From positions 66,177 through 130,176 of the forward strand of contig CAZFYQ010000002.1 of the NCBI GenBank assembly GCA_964523905.1: DNA of 64,000 nt, given 5' to 3'. The notes under the pieces are model-generated. The model worked only from the letters and a program-made list of their open reading frames with translations. It searched no databases and was not told where the DNA came from. The stretch comes from an uncultured Gammaproteobacteria bacterium (GTDB taxonomy: Bacteria; Patescibacteriota; Microgenomatia; Daviesbacterales; UBA10151). The translations under genes were made by a program, and so were the position numbers. This document shows positions 47,309 to 57,469 of this stretch, one piece after another. The stretch's first letter is position 1. Every line of letters begins with the position of its first letter.

Positions 47309-48709
47309 ATGGCTAAATCATGGCTATTTAGTACCAAAGGAATACTGGTTTTAATATGCGCGCTGTTTCTTTTTACCAGGCTGTATAAAATCGCTGAAAT
47401 TCCAGTTTCTGTGTACTGGGACGAGGCTTCCATTGGCTATAACGCCTATGCTATTTCTACTGATTTAAAGGATGAATGGGGCAAGATGTTACCAATCCAT
47501 TTTAGGGCCTTTGGCGAGTTTAAACTGCCGGTTTACATCTATTCAGTAGTGCCAGTTGTTAAGACATTTGGCTTAAATGCTTTTTCCGTTCGGTTTCCGG
47601 CAGTACTTTATTCCTTGGGATCAGTAATTTTAACTTTCTTTTTAGTTCGTAAACTTACTGCGAGTGAGGCAATTGGGCTATGGAGTAGTTTTTTACTTGG
47701 TATTTCTCCCTGGTTTTTTATTTTTTCCCGGACCGGCTATGAAGTTACAGCAGGATTGACGTTTTACCTACTGGGAATACTATTTTTCTTAAATATTAAG
47801 AAAAAAAACCGCTTTTTTCTATTTTCCACCGTTAGTTTTATTTTAAGTGCCTATAGTTATAATAGTTTTAGAATAATTGCCCCGCTGACGGTGAGCAGTC
47901 TATTTCTATTCAACTTAAATTATTTAAAACAACTATTGGCCAAGGGGAAATTATATTTGCTTCTCGCTATTATCTTAGTTATTGCTGCTATTATCCCAAT
48001 TTACAGGTTATATAAATATGATGCTGGAGGTGTACGACTTTCGACAATTGGTGGTGAATCTACGCAGCAAATGGTAAAAAATTATCTGTCTCATTTTAAT
48101 CCGCAATTTCTTTTTATTCAGGGGGATAAAAACCTAAGGTCCCAGCAAGCTAATTTTGGTCAGTTGTTCTTTCCGGATCTAGTTTTATTGCCTTTAGGTC
48201 TGGTGTATTTACTAAGGTCAAGAATAAAATACAAATGGTTAATATTTTCTCTAATCTTACTTGGCCCAATTCCAGCAGCAATTACTAAAGAATCGCCCCA
48301 TGCCTTGCGGTCTCTGTCCATGGTACCTTTTTTGCATTTAGTTTCCGCCTGCGGGATCCTTTATTTGATGCAAATCTCTAGTAAAAGGCTGAGCGCTTTC
48401 CTTTTCATCAGTTTGTTTTTAGTATTATTTGGCAATTATTTTTACAACTTCTTAACTGTCTATCCCAAGCAGTCCGCCAAAGATTGGCAATACTCATATA
48501 AACAGATTTTTACAGGATCGTTAAAGCCGTACGAACAAAATGGTAAGTTTGTTATTTCTGACAAAGAAGCTCAGCCATATATTTTTGGTTTGTTTTATTT
48601 AAAATACAATCCGGTTCAATTTCGTCAAGAGGTAGTGCGTAATCCAGTTAATAATTGGGGATTTTCCACAGTAAAAGAATTTGGCAATTTTCAATTTACA
48701 AATCAATGA
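47309..48709 (+). CDS. PMT/ArnT-like GT-C glycosyltransferase (array member 5).
   Basis: VYWDEASIGYNAYAISTDLKDEWGKMLPIHF. Confidence 0.55.
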   Translation: MAKSWLFSTKGILVLICALFLFTRLYKIAEIPVSVYWDEASIGYNAYAISTDLKDEWGKMLPIHFRAFGEFKLPVYIYSVVPVVKTFGLNAFSVRFPAVLYSLGSVILTFFLVRKLTASEAIGLWSSFLLGISPWFFIFSRTGYEVTAGLTFYLLGILFFLNIKKKNRFFLFSTVSFILSAYSYNSFRIIAPLTVSSLFLFNLNYLKQLLAKGKLYLLLAIILVIAAIIPIYRLYKYDAGGVRLSTIGGESTQQMVKNYLSHFNPQFLFIQGDKNLRSQQANFGQLFFPDLVLLPLGLVYLLRSRIKYKWLIFSLILLGPIPAAITKESPHALRSLSMVPFLHLVSACGILYLMQISSKRLSAFLFISLFLVLFGNYFYNFLTVYPKQSAKDWQYSYKQIFTGSLKPYEQNGKFVISDKEAQPYIFGLFYLKYNPVQFRQEVVRNPVNNWGFSTVKEFGNFQFTNQ

Positions 48710-50301
48710 GCAATTTAACAAAAATTTTACTGGGTTTAATTATCATCTTGTCCTTGGTCCTTAGAGTGTACAAGATAGATTCAGTGCCTCCTTCAATTTC
48801 TTGGGATGAAGCAGCTGTTGGATATAACGCCTGGACTATTGCCAACTACGGGCGCGATGAATACGGAAAATTTTTGCCCTTATATTTTCGCTCTTTTGGA
48901 GAAGATAAAAACCCAGTTGATATTTATATCACCGCAATTTTTGTCAAGACAATGGGCTTAAATGAATTAAGTATTAGGTTGCCCTCAGTCTTATTTGGAG
49001 TGTTAGATGTATTGATGATTTTCTTTTTGGCTAGAATACTTTTCAAGAATGATCAGGTTGGTTTAATTGCTGCATTATTTTTGGCTATCTCACCTTACAA
49101 TTTACATTTCTCACATTTTAATCACGAAGCAAATCTGGCTTTGTTTTTCTTTATGCTAGGAGTTAGCTTATTTATATTGGGTCTTAAAAAAAGCAGTTGG
49201 ATGCTTTCATTTTCCATGATCAGTTTTTGTTTGGCTTTTATCTCCTATAACCCTCCGAAGCTAATTGTACCATTGGTGATATTAATGTTGGTGTGTGTTT
49301 ATGCCAAGCAGTTAATAAAAAGTCCGAAGAAATTAATTGCCCCAGTAGTTATTTTAGTTTTATTCATTACTCTAATTTTCTTTAATCAAAATTTGCTGGC
49401 TGGTAACCGTATTAGTCAGACGATTCAGGGTAACGCTGATATTGAAAAAACCCAGTTGTTTAAAATGACTCACAATGAGTTGTTAGGTCGGGTGAATTTA
49501 GCGCTAACTCAATATAGTTGGCATTTTACGCCAAAATTTTTGTTTATTTCCGGTGATAAAAATCCAGTTCTATCATCTCAATCGAACGGAGAATTCTACT
49601 TAATTGATGGTTTATTCCTGATTTCGGGTGTAGTATTTTTGGTCTGGAAAAGAAGTCGTGAAGGCTTATTATTGTTAGGTATTGCTCTGATTGCTCCACT
49701 ACCGTCTGCTTTAACAGCAGAAGCACCACATGCTGGAAGAGCAATGTTTATGATGGGTAGCTGGAATTTAATTTCTGCATTTGGATCATATTCTTTGCTA
49801 GGACTTTTTAAAAAACTGCAGATTAAATGGGTAATTATGGGAATTACCGTGGTAATTCTTAGTTTTTCTCTAAAAAATTATCTGACCTATTATTACGTAG
49901 AGTATGCGAAAAGATATGCGATTGATTGGCAGTATGGAATGAAGCAGATCGTAAGTTATGTAAAAGCTCATCCAGAGTACGCTCAGGTTTATATGACTGA
50001 TGCTCGTTCCCAGCCCTATATCTTTTTCTTATACTACCTTCAAACTCCATTACCGGAATATTTAAACAGCGTAATATATAATAACAACAAAGAGTCAAAC
50101 AGTTTTAGTAATGTGACAACTTTTGGACGTTTCTATTTTGAGGGCTGGGATCCGATTGAGAGTACGCCGCAAAGAGATGTGTTGTATATCGTTACCCCCA
50201 GTCAATATGATGGGTTAAGACATAAAGCTGTATTTAAGGTAGAAAAAAAGATTGATTATCCAAATGGTTTGGATGCTTTTTATCTGGTGGGAATAAATTA
50301 A
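48706..50301 (+). CDS. PMT/ArnT-like GT-C glycosyltransferase (array member 6).
   Basis: ISWDEAAVGYNAWTIANYGRDEYGKFLPLYF. The ATG at 48706 overlaps the upstream TGA. Confidence 0.55.
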   Translation: MSNLTKILLGLIIILSLVLRVYKIDSVPPSISWDEAAVGYNAWTIANYGRDEYGKFLPLYFRSFGEDKNPVDIYITAIFVKTMGLNELSIRLPSVLFGVLDVLMIFFLARILFKNDQVGLIAALFLAISPYNLHFSHFNHEANLALFFFMLGVSLFILGLKKSSWMLSFSMISFCLAFISYNPPKLIVPLVILMLVCVYAKQLIKSPKKLIAPVVILVLFITLIFFNQNLLAGNRISQTIQGNADIEKTQLFKMTHNELLGRVNLALTQYSWHFTPKFLFISGDKNPVLSSQSNGEFYLIDGLFLISGVVFLVWKRSREGLLLLGIALIAPLPSALTAEAPHAGRAMFMMGSWNLISAFGSYSLLGLFKKLQIKWVIMGITVVILSFSLKNYLTYYYVEYAKRYAIDWQYGMKQIVSYVKAHPEYAQVYMTDARSQPYIFFLYYLQTPLPEYLNSVIYNNNKESNSFSNVTTFGRFYFEGWDPIESTPQRDVLYIVTPSQYDGLRHKAVFKVEKKIDYPNGLDAFYLVGIN

Positions 50302-50303
50302 CA

Positions 50304-51074
50304 ATGAAATTATCAGTTGTTTTAGCAGTTTATAATGAAGAGGAAAATCTAAAGAGCTGTTTAGACTCAGTTAAGGATTTAGCAAACGAAATTATTATCG
50401 TTGACGGAGGCTCAACAGATAAAACAATAGAAATTGCTAAGGGTTTTAAGGCCAAAGTGATTGAAACAACTAATCCAGCGGTTTTCCATATTAACAAAAA
50501 CAAAGCAATTGATGCTGCAACTGGTGATTGGATTTTACAACTGGATGCTGATGAGCAAGTTAGTCAAGAATTAGCAGAGGAAATAGGGAAAGTCATTTCA
50601 GAAACGACAGATATTAATGGTTACTGGATTCCCCGAAGAAACTTTTTTTTGGGAAGATTTTTAACAAAAGGCGGACAATATCCGGATTACACTTTGCGTC
50701 TTTATAAAAAGGGAAAGGGCCGGTTACCAGCCAAAGATGTTCATGAGCAGGCAGAAGTGGAAGGAAAGGTGGGTTATCTTAAAAATGACCTGTTACATAT
50801 ACGGGATAAGAATTTCTCAATTTATTTAGAAAGATTTAATCGCTATACCAGTTTAATCGCAGATCAGTTAAAGGATGCTAAAGTAACTGTTAATCCAATT
50901 TCTTTTCTAGATTATATTTTTATTAAACCATTGTACTGGTTTCTAAAAGTTTACTTCCGCAATCGAGCGTATGTTGATGGTTTCCCGGGATTTGTGTTTG
51001 TGTTATTTTCTTCTTTAAGATTTCCAATTGCCTATTTAAAATTGTGGAGTAAATATAATGAAAATAGCGATTAA
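50304..51074 (+). CDS. GT2 family glycosyltransferase.
   Basis: VVLAVYNEEENL...VDGGSTDKT...QLDADEQV. Confidence 0.65.
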   Translation: MKLSVVLAVYNEEENLKSCLDSVKDLANEIIIVDGGSTDKTIEIAKGFKAKVIETTNPAVFHINKNKAIDAATGDWILQLDADEQVSQELAEEIGKVISETTDINGYWIPRRNFFLGRFLTKGGQYPDYTLRLYKKGKGRLPAKDVHEQAEVEGKVGYLKNDLLHIRDKNFSIYLERFNRYTSLIADQLKDAKVTVNPISFLDYIFIKPLYWFLKVYFRNRAYVDGFPGFVFVLFSSLRFPIAYLKLWSKYNENSD

Positions 51075-52128
51075 CACCTTACCTCTTAAAACTGGGCATA
51101 AAGATCGAGGGATTGGTAATTATACTGCTAACTTAATTGAAGCTTTAAAATCAGAGGGGAAAATTGAGATAATTGAGTTTACGAATTTGTCACAAATTAA
51201 AGATGCAGATTTAGTGCATTATCCTTGGTTTGACTTTTACTACCATACGCTTCCAATCAAAAAACCTTTTCCTACCGTTGTTACAATTCATGATGTAATT
51301 CCCCTTAAATTTAAAGAACATTTTCCAACTGGTGTAAAAGCCAGATTTAGCTTAGGTTTACAAAAATTAGCATTATCTTCTGTAAAACAAATCCTGACTG
51401 ATTCTAATGTTTCTAAAAAAGATATTACGGATTTATTAGGTATAAAGCAAGACAAAATTTCTGTTGTGCATTTATCAGTTGGTGAAGATTTTAAACAGTT
51501 AACAAATACTGAAAGCTTATTTGCTAAAAGAAAATATCAGCTGCCTGATCGGTATTTATTATACGTAGGAGATGCTAATTGGACAAAAAATATCCCCTTT
51601 TTAATTGAAAGTTTTAATGAATTAGTTAAAAATGACGAATTTAAGGATGTAAAGTTAGTTTTGATTGGCGGAGTGTTCTTAAAAAAAGTGGAAAATATTA
51701 ATCACCGTGAACTGGAAAGTTTAAAATTAGTTAACCGGTTAATTGAACAATACAGGTTGACTGATCAAATAATACGACCTGGCAATATCGAAACAAAAGA
51801 TTTGGTCGCTTTTTATAATCTGGCTACCATTTACATACAACCATCAATCTATGAAGGCTTTGGATTGCCAATCATTGAGGCAATGGCTTGTGGAGCCCCT
51901 GTGGTTTCATCAAATGGAGGTAGCTTGGTGGAAGTAGGGGGGCAAGCTCCGGTTTATTTTAATCCAACAAATAGCCAGCAGGTGTTTACTCTTATTAAAG
52001 AAATACTTGCAAGTAAGTCATTGCAAAACAAATTGTCTGAGCTGGGATTAAAAAGAGCTCAACAATTCTCTCCTCTGCAATTTGCCAGCGAAATGATTAA
52101 AATTTATTCTCAAATAATTAATTCATGA
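51058..52128 (+). CDS. GT4 family glycosyltransferase.
   Basis: EGFGLPIIEAMACGAPVVSSNGGSLVEV. Confidence 0.65.
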   Translation: MKIAINTLPLKTGHKDRGIGNYTANLIEALKSEGKIEIIEFTNLSQIKDADLVHYPWFDFYYHTLPIKKPFPTVVTIHDVIPLKFKEHFPTGVKARFSLGLQKLALSSVKQILTDSNVSKKDITDLLGIKQDKISVVHLSVGEDFKQLTNTESLFAKRKYQLPDRYLLYVGDANWTKNIPFLIESFNELVKNDEFKDVKLVLIGGVFLKKVENINHRELESLKLVNRLIEQYRLTDQIIRPGNIETKDLVAFYNLATIYIQPSIYEGFGLPIIEAMACGAPVVSSNGGSLVEVGGQAPVYFNPTNSQQVFTLIKEILASKSLQNKLSELGLKRAQQFSPLQFASEMIKIYSQIINS

Positions 52129-53282
52129 AACTGATTAGAAAATCTGATGTATTAACAATCTCGGTACTATTTATTGCATGGCGGATATATTTAATGATAG
52201 TGGCTTTTTTTGCCGGTAAATTTTTGCCTTTGGCTCAGACAGATAAATTACTCGGAGGTGGGCCAATTAATTTTCCAATTGCCCCACAAGTTTTTTCTTG
52301 GGCCAATTTTGATGGAGAGCATTATTTATCAATTGCCATATTTGGCTATAAAAGTTTAGAACAAGCTTTTTTTCCGGTTTACCCAATGTTAATTTCTTTT
52401 TTTTCTAAACCGTTTTGGGGAAATCAGTTTGCAACCATCTTATCCGCCACAATTATTGGACTGCTAATATCAAACGCGGCTTTTTTGATTGCGCTAATTT
52501 TTTTATACAAATTAATTTGTTTGGAGTTTTCTAAAAGAATCGCCTTTATGTCGATAGTCCTACTACTTATTTTTCCCACATCATTTTTCTTTGGAGCTGT
52601 ATACAGCGAGTCACTTTTTTTACTATTTTCGGTTTTATGTTTTTACCTTGTCAGGAAAGAAAATTATTGGTTAGCCGGTTTTTTTGGAATGTTAGCTGCT
52701 GCAACTAGGATTTTCGGAATTTTATTACTCCCAGCTATATTAATTGATGTAATTAGGCAAAAAGAGAGCCTCTTGAAATCTTTGGGAGTTTTTCTAATTC
52801 CAATTGGTTTAGGCATATATATGTGGTATCAATACGTTACAGTAGGGGATGCCTTGGCTTTTTATCATTTACAGCAAATAGTAGGACCACAGCATCAAAG
52901 CGGTTTAGTAACCTTACCTCAGGTTTATTATCGCTACGGGAAAATGCTCATCACTGTAGATAGTGGTAATACGATTTATCAAACTATCTTATTGGAATTT
53001 TTTGTTGGAATTTCTTTTTTCCTACTACCTATATATGGATTTTTTAAAAAAATTAGGTGGTCATATCTTTTTTATGCAATGGTAGGCTTCATTGCTCCCA
53101 CCATTCAGGGAAGTTTTTCCTCAACTCCTCGGTATGTAATTGTATTGTTTCCAGCGTTTATTGCCATGGCATTTTTTTTAAATAAGTGGTCCAAATTATC
53201 AAAAACTCTTTTTTTTCTTTCTTTAGTTTTTCTACTGACGCTTGAAACAACATTATTTATTAGAGGATACTGGGTAGCATGA
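52125..53282 (+). CDS. Polytopic membrane protein, putative GT-C mannosyltransferase-like. It is related to 17034..18200.
   Basis: It is 385 aa with about 10 TM helices and the motif AATRIFGILLLPAILIDV. Confidence 0.35.
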   Translation: MKLIRKSDVLTISVLFIAWRIYLMIVAFFAGKFLPLAQTDKLLGGGPINFPIAPQVFSWANFDGEHYLSIAIFGYKSLEQAFFPVYPMLISFFSKPFWGNQFATILSATIIGLLISNAAFLIALIFLYKLICLEFSKRIAFMSIVLLLIFPTSFFFGAVYSESLFLLFSVLCFYLVRKENYWLAGFFGMLAAATRIFGILLLPAILIDVIRQKESLLKSLGVFLIPIGLGIYMWYQYVTVGDALAFYHLQQIVGPQHQSGLVTLPQVYYRYGKMLITVDSGNTIYQTILLEFFVGISFFLLPIYGFFKKIRWSYLFYAMVGFIAPTIQGSFSSTPRYVIVLFPAFIAMAFFLNKWSKLSKTLFFLSLVFLLTLETTLFIRGYWVA

Positions 53283-54523
53283 AGACTATCAGAAATTTTA
53301 TTAATAATCCACTTTTTGCAGGAAGCTTGGTAATGCTTGTTGGCCTAAGTTTTGTTAATGTTTTAAATTACCTTTACCATTTTATAATGGTAAAGCTCTT
53401 AGTTGATCCAACTCAATACGGGGAGCTAGTTGCGCTAATTTCTTTAATGGCCCTTTTGGGCATAATTCCTGGATCATTTAATTTGGTGATCATTAAATAC
53501 ATTTCCGCTGCAAAAACTGATCAGGAAGTTAGTCAACTAACAAAGTGGTTTGCTGATAAGGGTTTAAAGCTTTCTTTGCTATTTTTTGTCTTTACTATCT
53601 CAATGTCACCACTTATCTCTTCCTTTTTACATATTAGTAATGTCTGGTTTATTGTGGCCATTGGAATCTCTTTTATTTTTTCCATCCCTACTCTCTTGAA
53701 TAGAGCTGTTTTACAGGGATTGTTAAAATTTAAGGAAATGATTTTTTCTTTAATAATTGAAAATGGATTTAAGCTAGTACTTGGTGTAATTTTTGTATAT
53801 ATAGGATTAAGCGTCAGTGGAGCTATGCTTGGGCTACTGATTGCTTTAATTATCGGATGGTATATAACCAAAATATATATTGGAAAATATTCGCAAGAAA
53901 AAAGGACTCTTTTTGTTGATGTCAAATCCATTTTAAAATTTTCTATTCCAACTATTGTTTATTCTTTTGCAACTACTTCCTTATATACATCAGATATAAT
54001 TTTAGTTAAGCACTTCTTTTCGGCCCATGATGCAGGTTTATATGCTGCACTTTCAACGTTAAGTAAAATTATTCTATTTGGGGCAGGGCCTATTGGTGCT
54101 GTAATGTTTCCTTTAGTTTCCAGAAAACATTCTCGCGGAGAAAATTACAGAAAAGTATTTTTATATAGTCTAGGGGCCACATTAGTTTTTGGTCTGCTAG
54201 TTCTGTTAATATATTGGATATTCCCAGGTTTGATTATTACTCTTCTGTTTAAATCAGCATATTCTGAAATAAATGGTTTACTAGTATGGTTTGGTTTATT
54301 TATAACGCTTTTTACCCTGGCCTTACTTTTAACTACTTACAGTTTGTCTTTAGGAAGAACAAAGGTAGTGGTACTACCTTTAATAGCGGCAATAAGCCAA
54401 ATTGTTATTATTTGCTTCAATCATCAAACATTGTTTTCAGTTATCTTAACCTCAACTATGGTCGCCACTTTACTATTAGCCTCCCTACTCATATACTTTG
54501 TATACGAAGAGAGAAATCATTAA
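53279..54523 (+). CDS. Wzx-like flippase / polysaccharide biosynthesis membrane protein.
   Basis: It is 414 aa with about 12 TM helices. Its N-terminal region resembles 26023..27480. Confidence 0.5.
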   Translation: MKTIRNFINNPLFAGSLVMLVGLSFVNVLNYLYHFIMVKLLVDPTQYGELVALISLMALLGIIPGSFNLVIIKYISAAKTDQEVSQLTKWFADKGLKLSLLFFVFTISMSPLISSFLHISNVWFIVAIGISFIFSIPTLLNRAVLQGLLKFKEMIFSLIIENGFKLVLGVIFVYIGLSVSGAMLGLLIALIIGWYITKIYIGKYSQEKRTLFVDVKSILKFSIPTIVYSFATTSLYTSDIILVKHFFSAHDAGLYAALSTLSKIILFGAGPIGAVMFPLVSRKHSRGENYRKVFLYSLGATLVFGLLVLLIYWIFPGLIITLLFKSAYSEINGLLVWFGLFITLFTLALLLTTYSLSLGRTKVVVLPLIAAISQIVIICFNHQTLFSVILTSTMVATLLLASLLIYFVYEERNH

Positions 54524-55330
54524 ATGGAGATAAAGTTAATCTCGGTAATAGTCCCTTGTTATAAACAAGAAAATACAATTGTTAAAGACCTACAAAAAAT
54601 CTACCAAGCAATGGAGCAGCTAAGATATAATAGCGAAATTATTTGTGTCGTTGATGGTAGAGTTGATAAAACATTTGAAAACGCCGATCTGTTTGCCAAA
54701 GAACATCCAAATATAAAGGTAAAAGGTTATGATACCAACAAAGGTAAAGGTTATGCAGTGCGTTTTGGAATGGCAGAAAGTAAAGGAGATATTGTTGGAT
54801 TTATCGATGCTGGGATGGATATTAATCCAAATGGTCTAGCCATGCTACTAGAGCATTTTGAATGGTACAATGCAGATATTATTGTCGGTTCTAAAAGACA
54901 CCCAGTATCTAAGGTAGATTATCCCTGGCAAAGGAGAATACTTTCAATAGGTTATCAGCTTCTGGTTTTTCTTCTTTTTGGTTTAAAAATTAGAGATACA
55001 CAAGTAGGAATGAAGTTTTTTAAACGAGGAGTTCTAGAAAAAGTTCTACCACGACTTTTAGTAAAAAGATTTGCTTTTGATATAGAAATGCTTGCTGTGG
55101 CAAATTACTTACACTTTAACAGAATTTATGAAGCTCCCATAGATATAACACTAAGTTTTGGAGGGACCTCCACTATTACCAGCCAAAGATTTATCAGGAC
55201 AGTTTTAGCAATGCTGATGGATACATTGGCTGTTTTCTATAGATTGAAAATATTGAGGTATTATTCTGATGAGAATAGGAGAAAATGGAGATTTGATCCA
55301 GAATTAAACTTTAGAGTAAATATTATCTAA
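54524..55330 (+). CDS. GT2 polyprenyl-phosphate sugar synthase-like glycosyltransferase.
   Basis: ISVIVPCYKQENTI...FIDAGMDI. Confidence 0.6.
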   Translation: MEIKLISVIVPCYKQENTIVKDLQKIYQAMEQLRYNSEIICVVDGRVDKTFENADLFAKEHPNIKVKGYDTNKGKGYAVRFGMAESKGDIVGFIDAGMDINPNGLAMLLEHFEWYNADIIVGSKRHPVSKVDYPWQRRILSIGYQLLVFLLFGLKIRDTQVGMKFFKRGVLEKVLPRLLVKRFAFDIEMLAVANYLHFNRIYEAPIDITLSFGGTSTITSQRFIRTVLAMLMDTLAVFYRLKILRYYSDENRRKWRFDPELNFRVNII

Positions 55331-55340
55331 AATTTCCCCT

Positions 55341-56462
55341 ATGAAGATATTAATTTTTTCCTGGAGAGGACCAAAGCATCCGTTGGCAGGTGGAGCGGAG
55401 ATTGTAACTCATGAACATGCCAAAGCCTGGGTTAAGGCAGGTCATGAAGTAACTCTTTTTACATCTTTTTATTCTGGTGCTAAAAACAGTGATGTGATTG
55501 ATGGTGTAAAAATTATACGTGAAGGACATCAAATACTAAGTGTACAATTCGCAGCGTTTAAGTGGTACCTTTTCCAAAGAAAAGAAAAATTTGATTTAGT
55601 AATTGATCATTTTCATGGTTTGCCTTTTTTTACTCCACTGTTTGTTAAGTCTAAAATATTAGGATTTATTCATGAAGTTGCTAAAGAAGTGTGGCAGTTC
55701 AATTCTTTGCCAAGGCCTTATAGTTATTTCCCGGCAGGTTTAGGAAGAATATTTGAACCGTTTATCTTTCTAATGTACAGAAAAATTCCTTTTATGACTG
55801 TTTCAGCATCTACTAAGCAAGATTTAATTAGTTGGGGGATACCGAAGGAAAAAATATCAGTAATTCACAGTGGTGTAACCAGATTAAAAAATAGACTAGC
55901 GCACAAGAAAGAAAAACATAAAACTCTTATATTCTTAGGCGCCTTAAGTAAGGATAAAGGAATAGAAGATGCGTTAAGAGTTTTTTCCTTACTGCATAAA
56001 AAAGAAAGTGATTATAAACTTTGGGTAGCTGGAGTAGCTGAAAGCAATTACCTTAACAAAATCCAAAATTTATGTCAACAACTTAAGATTGAAAAAGATG
56101 TTACCTTTTTTGGATTTGTTAGTGAAGAAAGAAAATTTGAATTATTATCAAAAGCTCATTTGTTAATTAGTACCTCGATTCGTGAGGGTTGGGGACTTGT
56201 GGTGATTGAGGCAGCCACAGTAGGAACCCCAACAGTGGCTTTTGATGCGTCTGGTTTAAGGGATTCTATAAAGAATGGACAAACAGGTTTTCTTTGTCAA
56301 GAAAGAGATGTTAGTCAGTTAGCCGATTTAATAGATCAAATCTATAAAGATCAGGACAAGCTAAATCAAATTAGTAAAAATGCTATTATTTGGAGTAAAA
56401 AATTTACCTGGGAAGGATCAACACAGCAAAGTTTAAAGCTAATCAGTAGTCTAGCTGGTTGA
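55341..56462 (+). CDS. GT4 family glycosyltransferase.
   Basis: EGWGLVVIEAATVGTPTVAFDASGLRDSI. Confidence 0.65.
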   Translation: MKILIFSWRGPKHPLAGGAEIVTHEHAKAWVKAGHEVTLFTSFYSGAKNSDVIDGVKIIREGHQILSVQFAAFKWYLFQRKEKFDLVIDHFHGLPFFTPLFVKSKILGFIHEVAKEVWQFNSLPRPYSYFPAGLGRIFEPFIFLMYRKIPFMTVSASTKQDLISWGIPKEKISVIHSGVTRLKNRLAHKKEKHKTLIFLGALSKDKGIEDALRVFSLLHKKESDYKLWVAGVAESNYLNKIQNLCQQLKIEKDVTFFGFVSEERKFELLSKAHLLISTSIREGWGLVVIEAATVGTPTVAFDASGLRDSIKNGQTGFLCQERDVSQLADLIDQIYKDQDKLNQISKNAIIWSKKFTWEGSTQQSLKLISSLAG

Positions 56463-56500
56463 ATTTTTTTGCTAGATTAGCTACACTTTGTGATATCAAA

Positions 56501-57469
56501 ATGGAAAAAGTTGTTGTTACTGGAGCAGGGGGATTTATAGGTAGTCATTTAGTAACTTTCCTCAAGAAGAAAGGCTATTGGGTAAGAGGTGTTGACTTAA
56601 AATATCCGGAATATGGGAAATCCGATGCTGACGAATTTAAGCTTTTAGATTTAAGAGACAGAGCAAATGCATTAAAAGCCATGGCTGGAATGGATTACGT
56701 ATATTCTTTGGCGGCTGATATGGGAGGTATGGGATTTATTTCATTCAATAATGCCTTAATTTTATACAATAATGCCTCCATTGATTTAAATACCTTGGAC
56801 AGCGCTAAACAAAACAAAGTAAAGAAAGTCTTTTACTCCTCATCTGCCTGTGTATATCCGGAGTACAAACAAAGTAAAGCCAAATTAGTTCCCTTAAAAG
56901 AAGAAGACGTTTATCCGGCCCAGCCTCAGGATGCATATGGGTGGGAAAAACTTTTTACTGAACTGCTGGCTAAATACTACACAGAAGATTATGGTATGCA
57001 AACTAGAGTTGCCAGGTTTCATAATATTTTTGGACCATTAGGTACCTGGGATGGTGGTAGGGAAAAAGCCCCGGCTGCCATTTGTAGAAAAGTAGCAATT
57101 GCTAAATTATCAGGAAAGCATGAAATTGAAATTTGGGGAGATGGAGAGCAGACCAGGTCCTTTTGTTACATTGATGATTGCGTTAAGGGAATATATAAAT
57201 TAATGATGTCTAATTATAAAGAGCCATTAAACATTGGACAAGACCGCATGGTTACCATCAATCAATTAGTTGATATGGTATCTTCTATAGCCGGAATTAA
57301 AGTAACAAAAAAATATATCAAGGGCCCGCAAGGAGTAAGAGGAAGAAATTCAGATAATACAAAACTTAAGGAGGTTCTTAAATGGGAACCGGATATTACA
57401 TTAGAAAAAGGTCTGGAACAAACTTATCAATGGATTGAAGCCCAGGTAGGAAAAAAGTATGGCAAGTAA
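56501..57469 (+). CDS. GDP-mannose 3,5-epimerase-like SDR.
   Basis: [15 protein letters not shown]...[26 protein letters not shown]...[20 protein letters not shown]...[12 protein letters not shown] closely tracks the characteristic GME blocks known from plants ([42 protein letters not shown]). Confidence 0.65.
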   Translation: MEKVVVTGAGGFIGSHLVTFLKKKGYWVRGVDLKYPEYGKSDADEFKLLDLRDRANALKAMAGMDYVYSLAADMGGMGFISFNNALILYNNASIDLNTLDSAKQNKVKKVFYSSSACVYPEYKQSKAKLVPLKEEDVYPAQPQDAYGWEKLFTELLAKYYTEDYGMQTRVARFHNIFGPLGTWDGGREKAPAAICRKVAIAKLSGKHEIEIWGDGEQTRSFCYIDDCVKGIYKLMMSNYKEPLNIGQDRMVTINQLVDMVSSIAGIKVTKKYIKGPQGVRGRNSDNTKLKEVLKWEPDITLEKGLEQTYQWIEAQVGKKYGK

